From Gekko japonicus (taxonomy: Eukaryota): DNA of 61,835 nt. The translations under genes and the position numbers were made by a program. The stretch covers positions 315,028-376,862 of the forward strand of contig NW_015175991.1 of NCBI RefSeq assembly GCF_001447785.1, written 5' to 3'. The notes under the pieces were generated by a model. That model saw nothing but the letters and a program-made list of their open reading frames with translations, ran no database searches and was not told the DNA's origin. Below are positions 24,820 to 37,294 of this stretch, one piece after another (the first letter of the stretch is position 1; every line of letters begins with the position of its first letter).

Positions 24820-25332
24820 NNNNNNNNNNNNNNNNNNNNNNNNNNNNNNNNNNNNNNNNNNNNNNNNNNNNNNNNNNNNNNNNNNNNNNNNNNNNNNNNN
24901 NNNNNNNNNNNNNNNNNNNNNNNNNNNNNNNNNNNNNNNNNNNNNNNNNNNNNNNNNNNNNNNNNNNNNNNNNNNNNNNNNNNNNNNNNNNNNNNNNNNN
25001 NNNNNNNNNNNNNNNNNNNNNNNNNNNNNNNNNNNNNNNNNNNNNNNNNNNNNNNNNNNNNNNNNNNNNNNNNNNNNNNNNNNNNNNNNNNNNNNNNNNN
25101 NNNNNNNNNNNNNNNNNNNNNNNNNNNNNNNNNNNNNNNNNNNNNNNNNNNNNNNNNNNNNNNNNNNNNNNNNNNNNNNNNNNNNNNNNNNNNNNNNNNN
25201 NNNNNNNNNNNNNNNNNNNNNNNNNNNNNNNNNNNNNNNNNNNNNNNNNNNNNNNNNNNNNNNNNNNNNNNNNNNNNNNNNNNNNNNNNNNNNNNNNNNN
25301 NNNNNNNNNNNNNNNNNNNNNNNNNNNNNNNN
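24820..25332. other. Assembly gap, expected site of FAM161B exon 1, COQ6 exon 1 and their shared promoter
   Basis: N-run between the two divergent genes; no first exon recognised in the flanks. Confidence 0.7.
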
Positions 25333-25659
25333 TGCTGCACTAGGTAGGAAGCAACAGTTGTGTTTTTTTTAACGTAATCTTGAAAATTTAAATGCCTTGT
25401 TATTTAGTGCCTAAGAAATCGAGGGGGTGAGACTGATATTACATTCGTATCAAGGTTTTTGTAGGTTTTGTGGCAAATTTCTCCATGGTGGAGTTTAATG
25501 GCATGAATTACGATCTCTTGCCAATTGTGTTCGGAGCATTTCATCAAAGTTCAGTGTGTGCCACCAACAGCTGTCCCTGAAAAGTTTGCAACGACAGTGT
25601 TGCTTGGATGTGAAAGACACATGTTGAAAAATGTTTATGTCATTCCTACCAGATGGAGC

Positions 25660-25960
25660 ATTCTCATGTCAAGATGTGTGACCAAGTTGCTTCTGACTTA
25701 TGCAGCTCTATGAATTAATGTTTTCCAAAACGTCCTGTTGTTAACAGCTTTGCTAAGATCTGGCAAACTGAGGCCTGTGGCCTTCTTGATTGAATCAATC
25801 CATCTCTTGTTGAGTCTTCTGCTTTTCCTGATGCCTTCAGCTTTTCCTAGCATTATTGTGTTTTCAAGAGAGTTGTCTTCTCATAATGTGACCAAAATAC
25901 AATAGTTTCAATTTAGTCATTTTACTGCTATGGAGAGTTCAGGCTTGATTTGATCTAGAA
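25660..25960 (-). mobile_element. Old RTE/BovB-like LINE 3' fragment
   Basis: Minus strand reads degenerate YFGHIMRRQ-SLE..IMLGK.EG.RK..R...RW.DSI. Confidence 0.7.
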
Positions 25961-26615
25961 CATACTACAATGGGGTTGTCTAAGGGCAGGTTTGTCAAAA
26001 TTCACTGTGCCTGCTGTGACTCCTTTGCTCTCAAGGCTCCTTTTAAAAAATCTTGTTTTGGTTTTTGGAGGAAGCATTACTGTATAAAAGGTTTTTGTTT
26101 GAGAAGAACAAGGGCAGACATTGATTTAGAGACATGATCTAACAGTGATTCCTATGTAGAATTGCCCACTGAAATAAATAGGCTTATATTGGAGTAACTC
26201 TGCCAAGGTTTCCTCAAATCCCGCCCCCCCAGCGGAGCAGAATATAAAATGGGCAATGCAAGACCATGCACAGCTCCAGATTGCTGCTGAGCAGGACTTC
26301 CTGTGTTAATGAGCAGCCGCTCATGTGCACACCTTACAGGGACACACTGCCTGTCCTGACCAAAATTTGAGTCCAGTGGCACCTTTAGACCAACAAAGTT
26401 TTATTCTGGGTATAAGCTTTTGTGTGCATGCACACTTATTCAGATAACTATGCTGTAATTGTGCTAATGTCCAGTGTTGGTTACTTTGTTGTGCTAAGCT
26501 ATTCTATGTATTCAGAGGATGACTCAAAGTTTTCCTTGTGAGGCCTTGTTGTGGGATGTTAAATATTATTGAGTAATCTTTGTTGGAAAGATCTTAAAGT
26601 TTTGACTTTTTTAAG

Positions 26616-26750
26616 GAAATGATGCTCATCTCCATGACAAGAAAATCTTGTTACTTGAAGCTGGCCCCAAGAAACCAACTAACCAGTTGTCGAAGAGTTA
26701 TAGTAACCGAGTCAGTGCTATAACCTCTGGCTCAGCCACACTCCTTAATA
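26616..26750 (+). CDS. COQ6: COQ6 exon 2 ([17 protein letters not shown]...YSNRVSAI)
   Basis: 135 nt, AG/GT; UbiH/COQ6 monooxygenase motifs. Confidence 0.94.
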
Positions 26751-27789
26751 GTAAGTACAGCATTTAACAATGATTTGGATGTCATTTATGAGTACATACA
26801 GGGCATAGGATTGACTGATCTTGAGATGTTAAAATTAGAAGTCTGTGTAGCTGTGCATACCAAGTAAAGGGCTGCTGGCTTGGAAGTGCTGCAGACTAGG
26901 TATTTTAGGTGTTAGCAAAACAGGTGATCCAGTTCTTCTATAGAAAGAGAATGTAACTGTAATAGTCATGTATTGAAATTAATTTGAAGAGTCACAAATT
27001 CTTGTCCTGCCGAGCTTGATCTTTTTCATAGGAGCTCTTGGAATGGAAGCCCAAGAATAATGGCCAACCTATGAGGTTTCTGGCCAGCACCCCCCAGAAT
27101 AGACTGCTGATGTCCTACTTAACTACCCATTGGAAGACATCTGTGCTCCTCCAAAATGTTAGGTTACCATATCTGTGCTTGATTCTGTGTTTGCTTGACA
27201 GTGGGGAAGTGGTAGGAGGGGGATTTTTGTTAGTTGCCTCAAAACTGAACTATTTGGAGCATATTACATTGTTGATTCATCACTGTATTCAGTTTTTTCT
27301 TGGCATAAAACAACATATTGCTGAACTGGCAGAAAGGATCCTTTCATATTAATCTCTAATAAAGGTTTTTCTATAGACAGCTTATACCATTAACATCAAA
27401 ATCTTTTTCATAGTCTTCTGATACTTACTCATAAGTAGAGTTATGCCTTTCTAAATCTATTGAAGTCAGTGTGCTTAGAAGGGTTTACTCTGCTTAGGAT
27501 TGTACTGTTAATATAATATCCATGTAAAGGAAAGAAGATATTGCAGTATATTTTATTTGAATTGCAGATAGTGGAATGCTGTTTAAAAGGCAGCTCCATG
27601 TCATAATTAAAGCTACTATTTTCTGTACCTTTTTAAAAGCAATAGTAAGGCGAGAGAAATTAAAACCAAAGAAGCAAAAGCAACATCCATTTTTGTGTTA
27701 TGCAGTTTTAGGGTGCCTAGAATAAAACAGTATTACTATTTTAAAAAACCTTTATAAGAATGTGCACAGCTCAGTGATAGTGGAACATG

Positions 27790-27876
27790 CAGTGTGATCT
27801 TAAGCAGAGCTATGCACTTCTAAGTCAATTGACTTAAATGCACTGAATAGGTATAATTTTACTTATATTGGTACTG
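27790..27876. repeat. Old ~90-bp palindromic MITE-like repeat (related copies ~27425-27508 and ~57874-57959)
   Basis: CAGTG..ATC.TAAGCAGAG...TTGA.TT.AA...CTTA.GATTG.ACTG imperfect palindrome in several copies. Confidence 0.5.
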
Positions 27877-28097
27877 TGTATTATTACACATTATATGATA
27901 CATGGGAACTTGTTCTGTAATACATATTATAGAATAAGTCCCCATTTAGTAGGCAGTGATAAAATGAATTAACTGCAGCTCCTGCTTCTCTCCTACAAGT
28001 GAGGATAAACTGTGTCTCCACTCTTCCTTGTTGGAGGTTTTTTCAAGAAAACTTGTATATACTGCTTTGGGATTCTTTAGACTTTGCCTCAGCAACA

Positions 28098-28285
28098 GGG
28101 AGGGGCCATGACTCAGTTGCAGAACACCTGCTTGCATAGAGTAGGCCCCAAGTTCAATCCAAAGCAGCTTGAGTTAATAAAGTGATGTGAAGGCTCCCCA
28201 CCTAATAGAGAGCCTGTAGCAGTCAGAGGAGACGGTACTGACCTTGATAGACCAATAGCTTGTCTCAGTATACTTCATGTGTTCA
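28098..28285 (+). mobile_element. tRNA-derived SINE with CR1-like tail
   Basis: Degenerate A box (TGACTCAGTTG) and B box (AGTTCAATCC); tail ACTGACCTTGATAGACCAAT...CTTCATGTGTTC. Confidence 0.65.
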
Positions 28286-28967
28286 ACTACTTAGTGGATT
28301 GGATACAGCGCAAGGACTGCAGAAGGATTGCTGATATTCCTGGTTTTCATCTCTTCCTGGCGGCCCATCCTGGGAAGGTAATCCCCCAGGATCAAGGGAT
28401 ATGCATGGAGTAATAGCTATGTGGGTTTGGAGGTTTCAGTGGGGAGGGAGAAGGGGGCAAAATTGCTCTTTTTTCCTCTTCCGTCAATAGAGCGGTACAG
28501 ACAGGAGGGAGCGATTTTGTCTTCTTGCCCTCCCCATTGTAGCCACCTGACCCACATGCTGTTATTCCCTGTAACTTCACAGGATCAGGAATGATTATGG
28601 AGGAATGGGGGACCTGGAAAGATTGGCTTAGGATCCAACTCAGCTCAAAGATCGCAATTGCTACTTTGGTAATACTGCCCTTTCTGTCACCACTATTGTC
28701 CCTTGGAAAGTTTATTTGATCCAAGAGCTGCATCTGTTCCTTAAAACCCTCCACTGTCCAACAGATAAAGCTAAAGAAATGACAACTGAACCACAGTTAA
28801 TGCAGTTCGGTTTTGCTTGCGGCTTAACAGAGAGAGTTGCCAAGCATCTAGTAGAAACAAGTGAGAGAACTGGTCTGGACTCTTGTCTGTAAGGTTCCAC
28901 ATCACACATCTGTGAGGTGTTACAGTTATTCATTTAATGTTGTGGGATCCTTTCCTTTCTCTTCCAG

Positions 28968-29026
28968 GCTTTGGTGCTTGGGATCATATTTGCAGTATGA
29001 GAATCAAGCCTTTTCGGCGGATGCAG
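28968..29026 (+). CDS. COQ6: COQ6 exon 3 (SFGAWDHICSMRIKPFRRMQ)
   Basis: 59 nt, AG/GT. Confidence 0.94.
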
Positions 29027-30642
29027 GTGCCTGATACTGCAACACATACAGTTTATGGCAGTGTGTGGTAACATAACTTTGTGTGATGTCAGTTCTCAAG
29101 AAATTTATTTCTTAATCGCCTATGGTTTGCTTTCTTTTTAGAGAGGGGAGCAGATGGCTTCTCATATGACATACAAGTGAGATGTTTGTTCTTTTACTGT
29201 ATTTGCAGGGTCTTGTGCAAAGGAATCATATATATGTTCTTTATAGGCAGATGAGCAAGCTGTACCCTCATCAAAACCATTAATACACCCTTGTTGGTTT
29301 TCTCTTTGCACAAGACCCTGGGAGTGTGGGAAAGGGTTCATGACTCATGCATGCACCCGTTATTTCTGCTTATATGTTGCATGTGCAGCTGTTAAACACA
29401 CAAGGAGGCAGGCCCCAGGAAGTATCGGTCATTACACTGTCATGCTCCTAATCTCCTGGCAACACCATATGGGATTGTTGTAAGCATTACTGAGGGTTAG
29501 ATCTTGGAATTTGTCAGTGGTAAGCACTGACAGCCATGGATCATCTTGGCTTTCCTTTTCCCCCAGCAGTCATTTCTGACCCTGGAAATTTTATTTCTGA
29601 TGTCGTAGCACCCATGTGGAGTTAATAACCATGTAATTTGGGAGGCTGCAGTGAGGAGAGGAAAGGAGCAAAAATTGCTACCATCTGCTTCTTGCATGAG
29701 CAGAGCTCTGCTGTTGGAAAATTTTGCCCCTGTCTCCCTCCCCATTGCAGTCTCCCAACTCTACATGGGTCCTGTGAAAATGGGGATAAACTTTCTAGGT
29801 GTTGGATGTGGCTGTTAGGGAGAAGAGAGAGCTGGGATGGTTGGAGATCCCTGCATGTGGACCTTGTGAGGTTTTTGTACTGGATCCAGCCCAAAATACA
29901 GAAGGTCCCTTGAAGACTTTGAAAAAATAGTATGTAAATATTAAGTAGTAATAGCTAGAGATGTGAAGGTCTAGGGGGGGAAATATCAGGTCTCCCTCCC
30001 CCCTGGACTTTTTTCAGTTTTTTCTAACAGAAACATTGGAAAATTTGGGGGAACTCTGAAAAAAATCTGTAAAACATTTTCCCTTTTAGAATGAGTTAAA
30101 TCCTTTTTAAGATCCCCCCCATTTTCTAATGAAAAACTGGGAAATTTCGGGGAACAAAGCCAAAGTTTCTATGTTTTTTTAATGAATGACATGAACAACA
30201 AGGTTTTACTCAAACTGTTTAGTATGAAACATTTTGTTTAAAATAATATACAGCATGAAATAATGATAATTCCTATGTTTACTATAGACATGTACAACAT
30301 TTTTAAAAATGTCTTTTGTTTAAATGTAAATAATTTTGGTAACAATTAAAATACTATAAGCTGTTCAAGGGTAATACATTCTTCAAGAATTTAGTGTTTT
30401 CAATGTTATATTCATAGGGGAGCAGGCAGTTCTTTAAATACCCAGACCATTTAGAGTTTTAAGGTAAGAAGCTGCGCTTTGAATTGTGTCTGAAAATGAT
30501 TAGTCAGCCAGTATAGTTCTTTCAGAATTGATGCAAGATGTTTTCTGTGAAGCTCACAGCAGCTACACTTTTATTGACATTTCCAAAGAATTCTACAGAC
30601 AGCACTTTGCAGCAATAATTATGGCTAGCTCATGTTTTCAAG

Positions 30643-30997
30643 GAGCTGCGGTGGCTCAAGTGGTTAAGACGCTGAACTGCAGGCTGTGCAAGGTCGGTAG
30701 TTCAGCAGTTTGAGACCCAAGTGTGCCACATGACAGAGTGAGCTCCCGTCTCTAGTTCCAGCTCCTGCCAACCTAGCAGTTCGAAAGCAAGAAATTGCAA
30801 GTAGATAAATAAGTACCACTTCAGTGGGAAGGTAACAGCGTTCCGTGCACCTTGGTGTTTAGTCATGCCGGCCACATGACCACGGAAACGTCTTCGGACA
30901 GTGCTGGCTCTTTGGCTTTGAAACGGAGATGAGCACCGCAACCCTAGAGTCGGATTCGACTAGCTTTCGAGCAAGGGAACCTTTACCTTTACCTTTA
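30643..30997 (+). mobile_element. Full-length Sauria SINE with 12-bp TSD
   Basis: tRNA-like head TGGCTCAAGTGG / GTTTGAGACC; (ACCTTT)n tail; CATGTTTTCAAG at 30631-30642 and 30998-31009. Confidence 0.92.
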
Positions 30998-31959
30998 CAT
31001 GTTTTCAAGCTGCTGATAAAGCCGGTGTGCCAGCCAAAGCTATGCATTATGGACCAGGCCTTAAGCTTCTCTTTGTAGACACACATGTAGTGCTACTCAC
31101 CAAGCCATAAACCTGCTCCTTTAGGAGATTGTGAATTACATCTACGCTGTGAATTACATCTACGCTTTCTCTTCAGTCTCTGAATAGTTTTCTTATTGAG
31201 CAATAGTACTTTAGGCATGTTTGGACTGAGTTTTAATTCATTGAGACACATTGTCATGGTCTCTGACCTTAATGTTATAGCTTTTTGAACAGAATAGGCC
31301 TTAGAATTTCCTTTTAGTTTTCAAATTTGCAAACATGTTTAGCTTTGCTCTCACTGTCACAGCCTTGAGAAAAAAATAGATTATGAATAAATGGCTGCAT
31401 GCCCAGACTGAATCTTAGAACTAATAGAACACAGTTTGAAACAAGTATTCTTGGGGAAATGGCACTCAGTGCTCAGAGGGGTCTTACATCACACCCTCAG
31501 AAGAAACAAATTAGATGGTTTAATAGAATCTTGTGAGATTTGTATAACTGTCATGTATGGGTTGCAGTGAGACTACCTTATCTTTTCTAAAAATGTTTTG
31601 GTGAGAATCTTAGAAATTGTGCTTCATCTTTTAAATTTAAGATAGATTTCACGTATGATTTTAATTTCTAATTTCATGGACCTATGCTAGTATTTTTTAT
31701 CATTGTGATTCTTTTATGTTTAATTATTTCAAAAGTGATTAGACTGCTTTTAAATAAAAATCTTATATGGTAATATTGAGTGGTCTTTGGCTGGAATGCA
31801 AGGTTTTCACTTGACACCTGGAATAAATAAACTTCTGTCTTCTCTTCAGTCAGAGGGCTGGTTACCAGTTAGAGATTGATTAATAGAGAGAATAATAATC
31901 TCAATACAGCCTTGTAGCTTAGTGGTTAATGTGTTGCTTTGAAACACACAAAGAGACTT

Positions 31960-32620
31960 CATTTCCATGTGTAGGTTGTAATGTAAATGCTTTCCCCCAT
32001 GAGTGGGATAAAACTCTGTGCTTCCAGATGGTCATTTGACTTGTGTGGTACTTTACACCAAATATCTGGATGACTCCCAGTTTCATGTAGACATTAAACT
32101 GTACGGGGGACAAGATAGAACCTAGTCGGGCTCAATATCACAAGAACCAAGGAGTTGTTTCCCAGCACTACATTCTGGAACCAGTCAGACAAATAGGATC
32201 AGAAAAACCAGAGCACAGTACAACTCATACTCTCTTGTCTAGCCAGTCTTGAAGAATACAGTGGTTGATGGTGTTGAAACTAGCTGGGAGGCCCAGGAGA
32301 ATTAACAGTGTTGCATTATGCCTGACTCTTCAAGTTAAGGTTGTCAGTCAGGGCAACCAAGGCAGTTTCAGTTCCAAAACCAAGCAAGAAACTGGATTGA
32401 GATGAGTCTAAATCATCTGTCTCATCCAAGAATTCCTGGAATTCCACAACTACCTCTTGTTTCAGCACCTTGCCTCCAAAGGGGATATTTACGAGTGCCT
32501 GATACTTGATCAAATCATTTAGGATTTGGGATGGCTTCATTAGGAGGAAGCACTTATTCAAGGCACTGGTACCATCTCTGAAGCATTCATTACTTCCTTG
32601 ATCCAACCATCCAGAATTCT
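31960..32620 (-). mobile_element. L2 LINE reverse transcriptase fragments
   Basis: Minus peptides LDSSQSSFLLGFGTETALVALTD and LSPVQFNVYMK. Confidence 0.75.
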
Positions 32621-33120
32621 CTAGCTAAATCTAATGAGCATTTAGGGCAAGGGTCAAGCATCTGTGTGATAGATTTTACTTCACCACGGAAATTGACCAT
32701 ATTCTTAGGCCACAGACTAACTGGAATTTAAACAACTGCAACTATTTTGAGCTCTAGAACAAAGTTTGAGTCCCGTGGCACCTTTAAGACCAACACAGAT
32801 TTATTCAAGGTATGAGCTTATGTGTGCAAAGACACTTCCTCAGATACGTCCTGATAGCATCCTGAGATTGCTCTGTGGTGCTAACCAAGTCATAATGCAT
32901 ACAAGTGGTTTTTATCTGCCAAATGTCTAGCAAATGAATCACATGCTAATTTTTTGTATTTTCTAGCTTTTCAGTTTTATCTTAAGTGTATGCTTTCATT
33001 CTGTACTTACTAGAGATTTAGCCATTGAATTTTGTCAGTGGGAGTTGCTGAGAAGAGAATATTTCTGTGTGTGTGTCTGTATATTCCTTGATGTGATTAG
33101 TAGCATTTTTCTTTTTACAG

Positions 33121-33244
33121 GTGTGGGATGCTTGTTCTGAAGCCATGATAATCTTTGATAAAGATAACCTGGAAGACATGGGGTATATAGTAGAGAATGA
33201 TGTTATCATGTCTGCTCTAACCAAACAACTGGATGCCATGTCAG
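33121..33244 (+). CDS. COQ6: COQ6 exon 4 ([13 protein letters not shown]...GYIVEND)
   Basis: 124 nt, AG/GT. Confidence 0.95.
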
Positions 33245-33587
33245 GTAGTGGCTTCTTTCCTAATCTTGAGTTCTCTTGAGGGGTTTTCAGTGAACAAGAA
33301 AAGTAGAATCCTAGACAACTGTGAGACATAGGGAAACCTAGGTCTACCACATAACTTGGGAATGTGGACCAAGCATTTTTGGGTCAGGTCCTTCTGAGTG
33401 CAGAACAGTCCTTTCCCCCTTTTCGGGTTTTCCACATTTAAACCCTGGAAAATACTTTATTGGCTGTCATGGAATTATTTAAATATGGGGATTCATTAAG
33501 CTATTGGGTTGTTCTGCCTAGGCTTTGACTGGTTTTGGTTTTTTTAGACTTTTAGTTGGTGATATTGATACATTGTATCCCCATCAG

Positions 33588-33718
33588 ACCGTGTGGAAGT
33601 TCTCTACAGGAGCAGAGCACTTCGGTACACCTGGCCCCTTCCCTATCAAACCTGTGATGCAAGTCCTTGGGTTGAAATTGATTTAGCAGATGGACGCAGA
33701 CTTCAGACCAAACTGCTG
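33588..33718 (+). CDS. COQ6: COQ6 exon 5 ([11 protein letters not shown]...LQTKLL)
   Basis: 131 nt, AG/GT. Confidence 0.94.
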
Positions 33719-33938
33719 GTAACAAAGCCTTTATTTTCTGTTTGATCAGGCACCATCCTTTGCCAAGTCCTTTCCACTGGATTTGGTTCTAATCTCATGT
33801 GGTATTACTCAGCGTGAAGGGACTAAGAGGTGAGTTGGAGTGGTTACAGGTCTATGAGTGATAAGCCACTTTAGTGAATCTCATGCAGAGTTCCATCTGT
33901 AATGTTTGGAGTTACTGTTAACCAATCAGAGCCATATC

Positions 33939-34081
33939 AAATATAGTTCTACTACATCAAACATCTGGTAAAGGCTCTGAACTTCCATGACAAATGGGTT
34001 GTCTGGTTCAAAATATAGTTCTACATCAAACATCTGGTAAAGGCTCCAAACTTCCATGACAAATGGGTTGTCTGGTTCAAA
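33939..34081. repeat. ~70-bp tandem duplication in COQ6 intron 5
   Basis: AAATATAGTTCTAC...GGTTGTCTGGTTCAAA twice, with a 3-nt indel and 2 substitutions. Confidence 0.9.
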
Positions 34082-34892
34082 CTGGATTGTCCTTTGTCCA
34101 AAAAGGGTCTAAATCTGCCAGGATGGTCCAATGTGGAATGGGAAAAAATGGGTAATTCTAATGGAACCTCCAGGGCCCCAAGATCCCAGACACTCTAAGT
34201 GGTGCTCTTGCCATAATAAGGTGTTAGGATTTCTGTCACATTCTCCTCCCCCCAGAAGATTTTCCAGCTTCAGGAAGGTTTATTGATGGGGTTGTGGAAC
34301 CCGCGGCACTGCAGCCTTCTGGCTCACATGGCTGTAAGTTCATATCTGTCTCATGACAGTGGCAATAAACCTGGGGTTGGAAACAGTTTCTGGAGGGAGG
34401 GAATACAGGAAAGTAGTGGATCCAGCCTACAGCTGTGGTCCTAAATATGCTCACTATGAAATATTTCTAGGAGTGGGGACACTTTGGATTTCTTCCCTCC
34501 TTATGATTTGTGCCAGACATATCCCTGCTTTCCTCAGCTCCCTTTGTTTATATAAAGTTGTGCCCCTTGAACAGCCAGTTTAGACAAACCTCACATTGAA
34601 GGGAGGAGGGGAAAAAAGAAAAGCAATTTAATATAATGCAAGGTACAAAAATCACAAAGAGGATGCAACAAAGTATAAACGCTAGTACCTATCTATTACT
34701 ATTCTAACACCTTCCTTGAAGAGGATAAGGAATCTAAACCAACTCTGATTTTTCTAAGCCATCCTCTTGCAGCCTACTGGAAAAGCCAACATTCATACAT
34801 ACATTCAGCTGTCCATTGTGGATAATGAGCCCTGGAGGAGTTGATTTTGTTAATTTTGAGCTGGTTCATTTCAACAGCTGCCCTCTTTGCAG

Positions 34893-35000
34893 ATTGGTGC
34901 AGATGGGCAGAATTCCATGGTCCGAAAAGCAGCTGGAATTCAGACTATTCAATACCAGTATGATCAGTCAGCAGTGGTTGCTACTCTTCACTTGTCTGAG
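34893..35000 (+). CDS. COQ6: COQ6 exon 6 ([12 protein letters not shown]..., DG motif)
   Basis: 108 nt, AG/GT. Confidence 0.95.
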
Positions 35001-35107
35001 GTAACCTGTTTACTAGGTTCTTCTCTGGGTCTCAGCTTTTGAACACACAAAACAAATGAGAGAAAGGTAACAGCATTTGTTTGTCTTTTGGTTCTCTCAT
35101 GCTGCAG

Positions 35108-35170
35108 GCAACGGATAACAATGTAGCATGGCAAAGATTCCTTCCATCTGGACCGATTGCTCTTCTCCCG
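35108..35170 (+). CDS. COQ6: COQ6 exon 7 ([21 protein letters not shown])
   Basis: 63 nt, AG/GT. Confidence 0.95.
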
Positions 35171-35575
35171 GTAAATGACTTAGTAACTGTAGATTCATCC
35201 AGTTTTTAAAAAAATTAAATAATTTTATATATTCTGCTTTTGAGCCCAAAACTCACTTTTAGAGTGACTAAAAGGAATTATAATCCAATACAAAGACAAT
35301 AAATGTTCAATACAAAATGTTCCTTGAAGAGCCAATTCCCAGCTCAACTGAATTTTAAACTTTGTTTTGAATTCCTCTTTCCTGTATTCATTGGTTTTGA
35401 ATTAGTACTAACCATATCAGTCATTGTTTTATGCTCATTTATGGTGTTTGACCTCATTTGGCCTCTTTGTATTCACGGACTCCTTCCACATAGTAGGTAG
35501 GAATTAGATTCTTGCACTAGTTGACATAGTGGGTGGATATGGTGAAGTTGGCCTTTTTTTTGTTTGTTGAATTAG

Positions 35576-35683
35576 CTATCTGACACTATCAGCTCTTTGG
35601 TCTGGTCCACATCACATGAACATGCGTCTCAACTTCAGAATATGGATGAGGAAAGTTTTGTAGACTCTATCAACTCTGCTTTT
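35576..35683 (+). CDS. COQ6: COQ6 exon 8 ([12 protein letters not shown]...INSAF)
   Basis: 108 nt, AG/GT. Confidence 0.95.
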
Positions 35684-36415
35684 GTGAGTATTGTTCTCTC
35701 CTAGATGTGCTACTTACTTATGTACTCCAATAAGACTCCTGATTTAAAAAGAATGAGAACAAGCATGTCAATTTAATTCCTTACCTTTGGTTTGAACAGA
35801 GTGAAAGTTTGTTCATGTTTGTATGGTAGTTCTTATGGATAGTGAATATATTACTGGTGTAATTCAATTTCCTCTTAAATATGAGATTACTGTCCCCCCA
35901 GTAATTTAGCAAATGTCAACCTTGACTTCCAGTTTACTTTCAAAGCTTCATCCTTTAAAAAAAAATCTTTACTAGTGTTCTGTTATTCTGCATTTGGATT
36001 AGAGAAATTTTCTACCATTCTGAGCATGAATTAGCCTTGCATGATTTTGACACTGCTGTACAGCCTGCATCAGTCACATACAATTGAATGGTGACCACTG
36101 AAGCCCCATCAGCCTGTGAACCCCACTGTGTTTCTTGTGAAGGCATCTAGTGTGGGTTCAGCATGAGAAGCATGTTGAGAGATCTGAGAACAGAAGACAA
36201 GAAACTGTTTTCTCTCTATCCCTCCTACCAGTAATTTTGGTGATAAATGCCAGTTATGCTTTCATCGCTCTTCTAACTGTAGCCTTTAAATAAGTGGAAT
36301 TCTAGAAAGCTTAGAAGACTTACATCTATTTGTACTTTCATTATGTATTCTCTTAGTTTTGTAGCCTATCTGCCTCTATGTGATATCATATAAACAAATC
36401 TTTGTCATTATTCAG

Positions 36416-36618
36416 TGGAGCAATGCAAATCACTCTGACTTCATTGATACTGCTGGATCCATGTTCCGATCGGCCCTTTCTCTGCTGATGCCATCAAGGT
36501 CTGCAGCTCGTCAGTTGCCCCCAAGTGTTGCAAAAGTGGATCCAAAGAGCCGAGCTGTGTTCCCTCTTGGACTAGGGCATGCAACAGAATACGTCCAACA
36601 TCGGGTGGCCCTTATTGG
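36416..36618 (+). CDS. COQ6: COQ6 exon 9 (WSNANH...[20 protein letters not shown])
   Basis: 203 nt, AG/GT. Confidence 0.95.
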
Positions 36619-37178
36619 GTAATTACAGATTGAGAAGTTTTAGTACTGTGATAGGTCTTTGGGAGGATGGCTTGATTATGGTATCAAGAAGGAGATCACC
36701 CTGAATGACAGAAATGAGCTGTTTCTAGTGGAATGGGATGGAGATTGTTGGGGTGGGGTAGCAGTGGTTTCTCAAGGGGTCTGTAAAATTTACCTGGAGT
36801 GGTTATGGGTTTTAGAGACATAGATTAAAACAACTGCTGAAGCTGATGCATAGGCATTGTGGGAATAGGCAGCAGATGTGGTTATGAGGGCGATCACTGG
36901 TCAAGAATATAATAAGGGACAAATTCTAGAGGTGGTAGCCATATTAGTTTGCAGTAGCCAAAATAAGAAAACATTTTGAGACAACTTAAAGGCTGGCACA
37001 TTTATTGTGGTATAACCTTTTGTGAGTCAGAGCTCACTTTGTTGGATGAATGCAAGCAGCTTATGAGGTCCTCAGGGTGATATTCATGCAATTCCAGTGG
37101 GCAGTGTTCTTTCTGAATACCATAATTTTAGGTTGCTGTTTGTGCTGGCTGTAAGCTGCCATTGGCTTCTCTCTTTAG

Positions 37179-37294
37179 GGATGCAGCTCACAGAGTACAT
37201 CCTCTAGCTGGTCAAGGCGTAAATATGGGTTTTGGTGATATCGCAAGTTTGACGCATTATCTCAGTGCTGCAGCATTCAATGGGAAGGACCTGG
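37179..37294 (+). CDS. COQ6: COQ6 exon 10 ([22 protein letters not shown] motif)
   Basis: 116 nt, AG/GT; UbiH/COQ6 signature. Confidence 0.96.

Noticed and set aside
24750-25372. Long ORFs of 180-197 aa in the ORF track (also 40963-41604, 42891-43528, 59232-59567)
   Set aside because: They are translations of N-gaps (poly-X), not coding sequence
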